Shown here: positions 54,936 to 64,000 of the stretch, piece by piece | Layout of the letters: each line of letters starts with the position of its first letter | Numbering within the stretch: position 1 is the first letter of the stretch | From: Cyanidioschyzon merolae | Taxonomy: Eukaryota | Reading direction: 5' to 3' (one strand) | Assembly: GCA_000091205.1 (NCBI GenBank) | Contig: AP006494.2 | DNA: 64,000 bases | The notes under the pieces: model-generated | Database searches by the model: none | The model's input: the letters and a program-made list of their open reading frames with translations, nothing else | What the model was told of the DNA's origin: nothing | Made by a program: the position numbers and the translations under genes

Positions 54936-57191
54936 ATGGTCAAGTTGCCGACTTTGAGACGAAGCATTCGAGACCAAGTTCGACGGCTGCGTAGTCTACA
55001 GAGGTCGGAAAGTGTTTGCGACGCTAACCGCCTGAAGGCACTGGAGAGCTTTATGGACGCCGTGGAGGCGGCGGATGTTGAGATGCTCTTTCGTAAAGGC
55101 GACTGGGACATGGTAATTTTCGCTTTAAATGACATTATTTGGAACGCTCCGTTAGAGGTAGCTGCACGGGGCGCGAGTGTGCTCAGTCGCACGAATCGCC
55201 GGTTGCTCGCAGTGCACGGCGCTCTCCACGAGCAGCCTCCTGGACGAGCTTTGACCACACCCATTCTCGTCGCAGAACGAAGCGAGCGTCTCACAAGGCT
55301 TGCAGCATTTGCGCGCACCCGCGTTCTTACCTTGCCGGTGCTCATACGCCGCCTTTTTCGAGCTGTGCTCGACGCTCCAGCTGCAAACTCGGAAGCATGC
55401 ACGCTGCTCCAGAATGCCGTTTTCTCCTGTCTCAGTACGAATTGCGGCACACAAGATGCGCAGCATTCGCAGATTTCCCTAAGCTCTCGACTCAGTCAAC
55501 TGATATATTCCCTGGTATGCTTTGCGTATGAGGTGGATCAGGCATCTCTGGATGTCCTGTTGGATCACGTCTGTGCGATTTGGAGGTCTGTTGCTACAGA
55601 GCCTTCCGGCTGGAATGCCCCGCTTCCGTGGATGCTGGAAGCACCCTCATCGATAACAGATGCCTTTTGGGCGTCATCGGCTCCGTGCTTGGAGCGGCAG
55701 TGCGACATGGCTACGGCCTCTGTACATGCTGTTCTCGCCGCTCTGTTGAGCGATATGAAACTGGCGGCGGATGCGCAGCGACGACTCCTGTACCGAATTC
55801 ACTCGATGATACAGGAGCTGCGTGCGGCCAGAGATAGCTTTCACGTCGCCCCAGTCTCTTCGATACCATACGCATCCGAATGGTTCTTCGAAGCGCTGAC
55901 CACGCGGCTTGTCGATGAGCCCCAGCTGGTCTGCTTAATCCTGTCGAAATTATGTGGCTTCGAGGACGACAATCCGGATACAAGCGCGATGCTTTTGGTC
56001 AGTCAGACGCAGATGAGATGCCTGGTACGCACGATCACGTTACGACATTTGCTGCGGCAGGCAGAAGCCTGCGAAGCAGCCGCACGCATTCTCCTTCTGC
56101 TACTAAGCTCCAGCGTCGTCGTGAAGAATTTAGAAGCTTGCGACTTTGCGTTGTGTATATTCGTGGCATGCCTTATGCTGAGCGACGCCAGAAATTACCC
56201 CGGAGTGCACCAAAGCCGGTCTGTCGCGGCAACGAATGGGCTCGAAGATAGAACAACGGTTCAAGGCGAGAACTGGAGACATCAGTACGGCGATTTGTTG
56301 CTGAGCGCTCTTGTTTCGGTGTTCGGCGATACGCAGCTGCGACCCGTACTGCTTTTCAACATGCTACACTACAGGTGCTCGAAAGCGATGATCAGATTTC
56401 TCGGAACTGGCGGTGAAATCAATATCCGCGACGCTTTCGCGGTGTCTGTTCTGCGAGATGAACAGCATATCGCCGCTCAGGTGCAAGCAGCGCTCGGCCA
56501 GACTCGAGAGCGACTCGAATCGCTCTTCGCTGAGGAGCCTGTACCAGAATACAATGAAGCCTTTCCACAGATTCGAAGCGCCCTGCACGCTGCTGCTTCT
56601 GCTGTGGAGCAAGGAGTCCGCAGTGCCTGCACCGCGAGCGCGATCATGAAGCAAGGCGAAGCGGGTGCCGGATGCGTCTCCATCTCGTCGGTCTCGGAGG
56701 CGACGCGCCCATCCATGGCATCGTGGGCGTGGACGGCAGCTTTGAGCGTGTATGCTCGGGAATATCAAGACGCTGCACCGCATTTCGCCGATGCCTCGCA
56801 CGCTTCTGACTTTTCATGTTCGCCGGCAGACGTTTACGCTGCGCTCAATACGTTGCACGGCCTATTGGCCGAAGAGATCGTTATCGAGGCCCGCAAGGCA
56901 ACAGATGCTGCATGGCGATACGAGCGCTTGCGAATACAGAAAGCAGCGGAGCTGGAAATTCTACGCAAATTGCTTGACGAAGCTGATGCCGCGAAACGTG
57001 AACTCGAACAAAGCACTCAGTGTCCGGTCTGTTTCGAACGCCTACACGCCCCGTCGGCGCTGGTTCCATGTGGGCACGTGCTCTGCAAAAGCTGCTTCGT
57101 CACCTTAACGACAACACTTGAGGAGCACCTCTGCCCTACATGTCGTCAAGTCTTCGATCCGATTTCGGCACTACGCATCCACTTGAACTAG
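54936..57191 (+). CDS. RING-finger (C3HC4) protein, probable E3 ubiquitin ligase, 751 aa
   Basis: The C-terminus is CPVCFERLHAPSALVPCGHVLCKSCFVTLTTTLEEHLCPTCRQ. The N-terminal 650 aa are helical with unknown domains. Confidence 0.6.
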   Translation: MVKLPTLRRSIRDQVRRLRSLQRSESVCDANRLKALESFMDAVEAADVEMLFRKGDWDMVIFALNDIIWNAPLEVAARGASVLSRTNRRLLAVHGALHEQPPGRALTTPILVAERSERLTRLAAFARTRVLTLPVLIRRLFRAVLDAPAANSEACTLLQNAVFSCLSTNCGTQDAQHSQISLSSRLSQLIYSLVCFAYEVDQASLDVLLDHVCAIWRSVATEPSGWNAPLPWMLEAPSSITDAFWASSAPCLERQCDMATASVHAVLAALLSDMKLAADAQRRLLYRIHSMIQELRAARDSFHVAPVSSIPYASEWFFEALTTRLVDEPQLVCLILSKLCGFEDDNPDTSAMLLVSQTQMRCLVRTITLRHLLRQAEACEAAARILLLLLSSSVVVKNLEACDFALCIFVACLMLSDARNYPGVHQSRSVAATNGLEDRTTVQGENWRHQYGDLLLSALVSVFGDTQLRPVLLFNMLHYRCSKAMIRFLGTGGEINIRDAFAVSVLRDEQHIAAQVQAALGQTRERLESLFAEEPVPEYNEAFPQIRSALHAAASAVEQGVRSACTASAIMKQGEAGAGCVSISSVSEATRPSMASWAWTAALSVYAREYQDAAPHFADASHASDFSCSPADVYAALNTLHGLLAEEIVIEARKATDAAWRYERLRIQKAAELEILRKLLDEADAAKRELEQSTQCPVCFERLHAPSALVPCGHVLCKSCFVTLTTTLEEHLCPTCRQVFDPISALRIHLN

Positions 57192-57359
57192 AATTCGCAG
57201 CCCAAGGGACGGCATTGGTACGCCCTGTCTGGGCCGCCTCATCACCAATTTCCAAAGTCGAACGTTCGACAGAAGCCGAGCGATCCCGAACCCTAGTACA
57301 CGGAGCGTGTGCATGGCGCATCACTCATTTTTAATCTAGTCCAGAATCAAAACTTGCCC

Positions 57360-58544
57360 CTAGACCACACCAAGACACCTGAGCATAATAGCATTCTGTG
57401 CGTGCATTCGATTTTCTGCCTGCTGGAAGACAACGGACTGTGCGCACTCCATGACTTGATCGGTTACTTCACGGCCTCGCTCGGCTGGTAGGCAGTGCAT
57501 GAAAATCGTATCGCTTACGCCAGTGGCCTCCAGGAGCTCCATCGAAATTTGATAACCAGCAAACGCCCGCTCACGCTCAGCGATCTGATCCTTTTGGCCC
57601 ATGCTCGCCCAGACATCCGTGTAAATCACATTCGCTCCTAACACCGCAATCTGCGGATCGTGTATGATCTCTACCCGACTGCGTCCGGCTGCTCGCGCGC
57701 GGCGCACCAGGTCCGCGTTGGGCTCAAAGCCCGGCGGGCAACAACAAATGAATTCAAACGGAATGCAGCAGGCCATTTCTAGCCAACTATGGACAATATT
57801 GTTCCCGTCGCCAATATACACAACGCGCTGGTTCTCCAGCGACCCGCGACACTCCATGATTGTCAAAGCGTCCGCCATGATCTGGCACGGATGGTTCCAG
57901 TCAGTGAGTCCATTGATGACTGGCACTGATGCGTAGGCTGCCAGCTCAAGCAAGTCCTCATGCGCATACAGCCGCGCCATGATAATGTCATTAAACCTGG
58001 AGACAACTCGTGCGATGTCTTTGGTTGCTTCCCTTTTGCCGATACCGATCTCATCGCCCAGCAGCAAAGCGTGGCCTCCCAACCGGTAGAAACCGGTCTC
58101 GAAAGAGATGCGTGTGCGTGCGGAGGGTTTCGCAAAGATCATAGCAAGCGTCAAACCGGCGAGCGGTTTCGCACCAGAGAAAACCTTGCCTTCCTTGAGA
58201 TCGCGCGCAAGTTGAAGAGTGCTCATGATTTCTTCTGGAATCCAGTCAGTGATGGCGAGAAAGTGGCGTTTTCCGCCCGGAAGTGCGTGCACAGTGCCCT
58301 TTGTATCCCTGCAAGCCAGCGACAGGGAGGAAGCACGTGACACTCGCTGTGCCCCGCGCGGAGTTAGGATCTGCCTTCTGGTGCGGTAACCCACTGGGAC
58401 CACAAGACATTTATGCGGAAAACTCTGAGTTGAGAGAAGTGCAGACGTCGTTATAAAACCCAGTACAGTCATAGAGAGCGTGTCGCAGATCCCCTGCAGT
58501 TGGAGCCGGTAGCGCAACGCGCACAGCAGTGGCGAGCGCCGCAT
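57360..58544 (-). CDS. ornithine carbamoyltransferase with N-terminal presequence
   Basis: The carbamoyl-phosphate site is STRTR (..KPSARTRISFE..). HPCQ, the ornithine-binding DVWASMG and HCLPAERG are also present. Confidence 0.9.
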   Translation of the reverse strand: MRRSPLLCALRYRLQLQGICDTLSMTVLGFITTSALLSTQSFPHKCLVVPVGYRTRRQILTPRGAQRVSRASSLSLACRDTKGTVHALPGGKRHFLAITDWIPEEIMSTLQLARDLKEGKVFSGAKPLAGLTLAMIFAKPSARTRISFETGFYRLGGHALLLGDEIGIGKREATKDIARVVSRFNDIIMARLYAHEDLLELAAYASVPVINGLTDWNHPCQIMADALTIMECRGSLENQRVVYIGDGNNIVHSWLEMACCIPFEFICCCPPGFEPNADLVRRARAAGRSRVEIIHDPQIAVLGANVIYTDVWASMGQKDQIAERERAFAGYQISMELLEATGVSDTIFMHCLPAERGREVTDQVMECAQSVVFQQAENRMHAQNAIMLRCLGVV

Positions 58545-59399
58545 CGGCAGCTATATTGATCGACTGGCGCTGTGAAGCAGCAGCGCTTTGCTTTTGCTCC
58601 GTTGCTGATTCTGCTGCGGAAACGTTGACGGACGCGTCTCAATGCTTGTTCATCGAATGGGCGCATTAGTCGCTGCTCTGACATACAACACAGATTCCCC
58701 ATGTTGTTCAACGTTGACGATGCATTCGATAGGGCAAGTGGCGGCACCCCGGAGACCCGCCTCCGCGCAATGGCGTGCATGGACCGCGTTCTTGATCTTG
58801 CCAATCAATGAGCTTCAGCGTGTGTCGCAGTTCATGGATGAGTGCCGATCGACAAGAAAAAGTTCAAGCCATACTCATTGACGTATCCGTAAATGTCACC
58901 GCATTCGGAATCTCTCGAAGCACAAGAAAGCAAAATCGCATCCGGGAGATGCTGGTTCGATCCATCGAGCTCAAGTCACTTTACTTGCAACGCCAATACG
59001 GACACCGTCTGGCATAGCAGAGTCCCGTCGACGGCAGACAGGCTGTATTCTATGCACCAAATCATGCCACCAGCGCCGAAGAGACCCATTCCAGCGTCTG
59101 GTGTACGACGTCTCGAAAACCGAGGTCATCCGTGATGCGGCAAAGCCGTTCCGCTTCCGTCTGCGCCCGCAGCAGGTACTCACGGCAACTTCAGCACCTG
59201 GAGGATCATAGGAATGAACCATGATCCTTAAAGGAAAGTATGGGTGGTTGCTGGTGAAGAGCTTTACGATCAAGTGAGCCATAACTGACGTTCTCCTGGA
59301 CGTCGATGGCCATGGAGCACAATCGAGGATGCCCAGGTTCCCGTGAACGATGCGACATCTGCATTTGCACACATGTCAGTGAAACAAGAAATGTCCCAC

Positions 59400-60810
59400 G
59401 ACCACTTATTGTAAATGAGTACCACAAGCGCACACGCCTCACAGCTTTTTCTGACCGGCCGCCTGCAATTAGTTTCAGTTTCTGCTTGTACACATCGAGC
59501 GTGAGAGGCTGCCCCACAGGTTTGCCTCGTGTCAGCTCTGCGGCTCTTTTCTGCAACACCACAAATCGTTTGATATTGATGACGGTGGTAAAGTCTCAGT
59601 TCACGAACTCCATGCGGGTATTTTCTCTGGGAGAACCTATCAGTGGAAAGAGTCCTCGAACTCGTGCCATTTTGTGCGGTGGCAGCTATACGCGCTTTTC
59701 TATCGCGAAAGCGCTCCGCTGCCCTCTCTCGAACTCGAACTTCTATAGCATACATATCAGCTCATTCCCTGTTTTTTTGCATGAACTACTTCTTCATGCC
59801 CTTCGGTGAGGACGTTCCCGAAGGAAGCAGGACTTGCGGAAGAGAGACCGCATGTGTCTCGGTGTAATCGCGTGTCTCCGTGTGTTGAACGCTTCAGCGA
59901 TTCGCCCAGTGGAGCGATCGTCACGTTTCATAAAGACAATGCTCATTAGATGCGGTTGAACCACGGAGTGTATAGACGAACGTAAAGCAGCTCTATTCTC
60001 GGATAGATTCGGCAAAAGCTCGAACGCGATTGGAACGGTTAGATGCGACGTCGCCCAATAGAATGACGTCGTCACGGTTCTCGAGACAAGTGTTCAATGA
60101 TTCGACAAAGTGGTTGGTGCTGTTGTATGGCCTTTCTCTACGGGCGAAACTGAGTCCGCCAAATGAGTCCACTAAAGCTAGAACAGATGATGATGCCGTT
60201 GGTCTCTTCGCGTTCGATGGTAGGCACAACGGGCGCCCTGCCCCGCGAATACCCATGTACGCTCCGAGCGCTTTATCCGAAGCAAGTCTCATCGACTGGC
60301 AAAACAAATCGACGTCCATGTGCTTCATTCGGATCGCAACGTTCCAGGAACTTTGCTGTGGGTGTGATTTCGGTGGAAGATGGCCGTACATGACATTGGT
60401 CGTCTTTTTTGTTACTGTATCCCAGTGTTTTCAGGATCACACGAACTAGCCGCCGAGAATCAGAGATGCACGTGACGACTATAATCCTCTGCTTTGCTTT
60501 CCGTGAGGTAATCAAGGAGTTAATTTTTTGTACAATTCATCGCAAGCAGTCTTCAAGATTGTCGGTTTTCGGCACGGAGCACATATACTTGTTTCTTTCA
60601 GTGTTCATCAAGCATCAGCGTGCTGGAGCGTGACGAATCTGAAGGAGGCAAAGCAGCACTCCCAGCGCTCTACAGTAAAGAGTATATATCCTACCGGAAA
60701 TTCGTCTACGATCTATCGAATACATTGCATCATGATGTCGACCGCCTGATGTATATTGTGAAAAAGCATCCGATTCCATACAGCGGGATGAAAGTAATAG
60801 AGTTGAAACA
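59400..60810 (-). mobile_element. non-autonomous Fanzor-family element, copy #6
   Basis: It is the reverse complement of copy #5 along about 1.4 kb. The RuvC-III relic at about 59575-59615 reads MEFVN*DFTTVINI. The tail is KPVGQPLTLDVYKQKLKLIAGGRSEKAVRRV. Confidence 0.7.
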
Positions 60811-61122
60811 CTGGAGAAGAGAATGAGCGGTGGCACTCATAAACGCTGCACTGCGCTCGATGCGCGACGCAACAGCGCGGCGTCGACGTCATCTGCAGTG
60901 CACGATGCTGGCGAGCCACGGAGCTGCGGAGACGTCTGCTTGCTCTACGCTTACCGACCAGCCGACCGACCTACATACCGGGACACCGGTGTCGTCATCG
61001 TGTCGACGAAACGTAGCGGGCGTCGTGCGTGCAGCATCAGAGCGCACGTTCTACCGGAAAGATCACGGAGCATATGAAGCTGCTGGGCGTTTGGTGTGCG
61101 CAAATAGCTGTGTGAGTGCTCT

Positions 61123-61563
61123 TTGCTCTTTTGTGGACAGCTTGAAGGTGGAGCAGCCTCCTGGTGCTTTCAGATGTGCGTGGAACAAGACGAATCTATG
61201 ACAGCTGCTCACCATGCAGGCGAGGAAAATTATGGGTTGAATAGTTCTAGGGAGCTTGGAGACGCTCTCGGGGCGACAGAGGATGAGGCGGCGCGCGTGC
61301 GGCTCTTACTGGCTGCGACAGTGCAGGAGCCTGTGACGTGTCCGCCGGCAGCGCACACCGCGGATGCCGGCTCTGCTGGTTCGCAGCCAGCACGTCGATC
61401 CTGGCGCTACCGTTTATCGGTTTGGTGGTATCGCTACAAGGTATTTACCTTGTGGGTGGTTCTCGAACCGAGCGAAGTTGCAGTCACGCAGACGATTTTG
61501 TGGTCGACGATACTCGTCATTGGGTATCGAGTTCTGATGCGTATTTGGCGTTTTCTCCGATGA
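61123..61563 (+). CDS. hypothetical small protein with C-terminal hydrophobic segment
   Basis: ORF only. The C-terminal ~40 aa are hydrophobic (LSVWWYRYKVFTLWVVL...ILVIGYRVLMRIW). Confidence 0.15.
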   Translation: MLFCGQLEGGAASWCFQMCVEQDESMTAAHHAGEENYGLNSSRELGDALGATEDEAARVRLLLAATVQEPVTCPPAAHTADAGSAGSQPARRSWRYRLSVWWYRYKVFTLWVVLEPSEVAVTQTILWSTILVIGYRVLMRIWRFLR

Positions 61564-64000
61564 CGGTTCACGTGTTGGCGCCGTTTCCATCTGGCGGCTG
61601 TTGTGGGAATCCAGCAGCAGACAAGTCCGTGACGGTATTGTTGGCAGAGCTTGCATCGCATGCTAACCCATGATCTCGGTTGACAAAGGTGGGCGCAGTT
61701 TTGCAGTAGTCTCATCGCGACATGGAGTACAGATTGAAATTGAATGAATGGGCATGAATCAGGATTACATGTGCTAAACCGTGCCTGATGACTCTCATGC
61801 GAAACCGTTTGTGCGGGGCTTCCCATCGAGCGCACCAAACAAATGGCAAGCCGCTTCTCGAAAATGCCCAGCTCGAGGTTTTAGTGCGGACACTGAGTCG
61901 CTCAGAGGCTGCTCGTGTGCTTTCAGGGCACTGATTCGGTGCAAGGAGCGAGCGTTCGGAGTCGTCGACCGCCGGCTGCGGGACGGTTCGTTCCGAGCGC
62001 CGTACCGGGCGCGTGCAGGCTCTATGGTGCCGAAAATAGCGGCAAAAATGCGAAACACGGACTTGTGCAGCGCTCTGGTTGGATACGAGCGAGATCGCCG
62101 GGATCGACGCTGGACGCCACCGATACTGGTGTTGCAGGTTGCGTTTTCGAGCGCCGTGCGTTGTGCACCAAGCAGTGAGTTGCAGAAAAACCGTGCCATT
62201 GCACCCTTTTTGTTGATGTTTGCTTCTCTCGCATCTATTCAACAAAAGCGGTTCATCCTGTAGGTTGGATAAAGATCGCGGGAGGACTTGATGCCATCAC
62301 TGGCACGTTACGGAAAACGACGTTACTTGTGCAGATCAGTGATTCTATGGTCAACAGATGGACGAGCCACCCTTCTCGTCGTTCTTATCGTGTACGCGGT
62401 GCTCCAGAGAACAGCGCTTACCAAACGCTATCTACCCGGCTGTGCCCTCGTCAACTCAATCGACTCTGTACGCACTCAGACGTATAGAATCAATGACCCC
62501 ACCGGATGAGAAGATTCTATTCGATTGATACGAACGGTGATAATGCTTCGCTGATGGACCCACAAGAAAGCACGTTTCTCTTGGAGGCCGTCACATGTCC
62601 AACAACACAGCATCGATTTCGTAGTAAGACGTGGACGCGTCTTCCAGTCGAGATGGGCGTTCGTCTCACTCGTTGAGACTTCGTTCGGGATAAACAGCAG
62701 ACCCGTGTATGGGTACGCAAAGAGGCGCAAACCTCTGTTCGTAAAGAAGAGACAGTCGGGTATTCCGAGAGCGTGAGCCCTCGCGGCGTTTCAATTGTTT
62801 GTTCGGCTAAAAAGTATCTAACGGACAGGATCGTTCGGCAGTTCATCCTTCCAGGCAGCACCTCCTGGCTCGTCCCCCGCAGCTTATTCCGTCTTGATCT
62901 TAGACAACGTCGCTCTCCGTCACGAAAAGAAAAGCCGCCCAGGAGAACGCGGCAGAGGCTAACGTTGAGAGACTCTTCATGCAAGCTTATCCTCTAGGGT
63001 TTCAACCAATCGAAGGTGTCGCGTATCTCATCAGACCCCATTTCTATGATCACGAATAAATACACGAGTCGTTTGCATCCGCGATTGTGAAGCGCGTACG
63101 GCCGTTCTTGATCAACAGGTCTCTCTCTATACGCTACTAGCTACAAAGTGCTGTGATGCTCGTCTTCTCGAGCGCGTGAGGACGCTGAAACGCTCGCTTG
63201 AGTCGGTGGACGCGCTCGCGATGGACACGGTGATAAAAAGGTACTTGGGGAGTCGAAGAAACAGAAACAGAAGGGACGGGCTTCGGCGCCACAGTGCACA
63301 CTTTTCGTCCGTATCACGCGATAAACAACGGATCTAGAAGCTACCGAACTCAGCAGCGTAAAGAAGAAGGCTGAAGATAAGAAGGAGAAGCAATCAACGG
63401 ACATAGATGTCGAAGATCTTGCCCCGAAAGAGGTTAACGATGGACTGGAGAAAAACTGACCGAGCTTATAGATCAGTCTGGAACCGTTTTCCACGCCGCC
63501 CTTGGAAAACAAATCAACAGGGGGGGTCTTCCAAATAGTAATAAGTAGGACCTGCTAGGGATCGCATGGCTGCTTCTCACTTGAGTAAGTCTCATCTTGC
63601 CGCTCCCACGATGACACGGCTCTTCAGGCAACTGATCGTTAGAGTCCCCGACTCTGGGCTGTCAGTTGCCTACGTACTACTTGAATTATTCGTTCAAAGC
63701 TTCCTACGACGGCAGAGCTGAGGCTCAGGACAAAAGCTGTAATTGCGCCTGATCTTTGGATTCGGGGTTCAGTGTATGTGCTTCTCGGAATACCTTGACG
63801 CATCGCAGCGCCACCTTGGCGTGCGGAACGTCGACCGGGCAGTCGGCAGATTCGATCCTATCGAGCATCGAGGCTCATTTCCGACCAGTCAAGGTAGACG
63901 AAGAGAAAGACTTCATGTTGAGCATGGATACCAGGTTCAAGGGCATCGCAGCCGTTACCATTCCACTTATTCAAGAGGACGGAGCCAAAGACGTGAAGAG

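Noticed and set aside
1-64000. CRISPR arrays, rRNA and tRNA genes
   Set aside because: I found no regularly spaced short direct repeats with unique spacers and no rDNA-like segments. I also could not identify any convincing tRNA cloverleaf with a T-loop GTTCGA/GTTCRANYC box by eye. A tRNAscan-type search would be needed to exclude tRNAs formally.

Overview
This window is a GC-rich, intron-poor eukaryotic nuclear genome segment. The evidence is a cytosolic 60S ribosomal protein uL5/RPL11, a mitochondrial-type HSP70 with presequence, an SR-like RRM protein and a LINE reverse transcriptase. Genes are compact and sit on both strands.

Housekeeping genes I can recognise by sequence:
- Brr2/Mer3(HFM1)-family DExH helicase (1831 aa)
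- fatty-acid hydroxylase/sterol desaturase-family membrane protein
- PurH/ATIC, uL5, long-chain acyl-CoA synthetase, RluA-type pseudouridine synthase
- ClpS-like adaptor, LYR-motif protein, RRM/SR protein, prephenate dehydratase
- mtHSP70, FAD-dependent glycerol-3-phosphate dehydrogenase, biotin synthase
- Nudix hydrolase, RING E3-like protein, ornithine carbamoyltransferase

The most interesting content is a repeated family of Fanzor (eukaryotic TnpB/OMEGA-like, RuvC-fold RNA-guided nuclease) transposable elements. There are two long copies on the + strand (about 25640-28168 and 42115-44905) whose split RuvC-I, zinc-finger region and RuvC-III (VNRDFNAAINI) motifs can be read directly. Both are interrupted by stops and frameshifts. 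There are also four non-autonomous derivatives of about 1.45 kb (8587-10035 +, 19285-20775 -, 48598-50035 +, 59400-60810 -) and one 3' fragment (38220-38640 -). All share a conserved block of about 250 bp at the 3' end. This block overlaps the RuvC-III coding segment and continues past it, which is the expected position of an omega-RNA scaffold.

Every complete copy lies head-to-tail immediately upstream of a host gene (PurH, ACSL, ClpS, G3PDH, BioB, OTC). A degenerate non-LTR retrotransposon is nested between a Fanzor fragment and Fanzor copy B. One Fanzor copy carries a 4x75-bp in-frame tandem duplication directly upstream of its RuvC-I motif.
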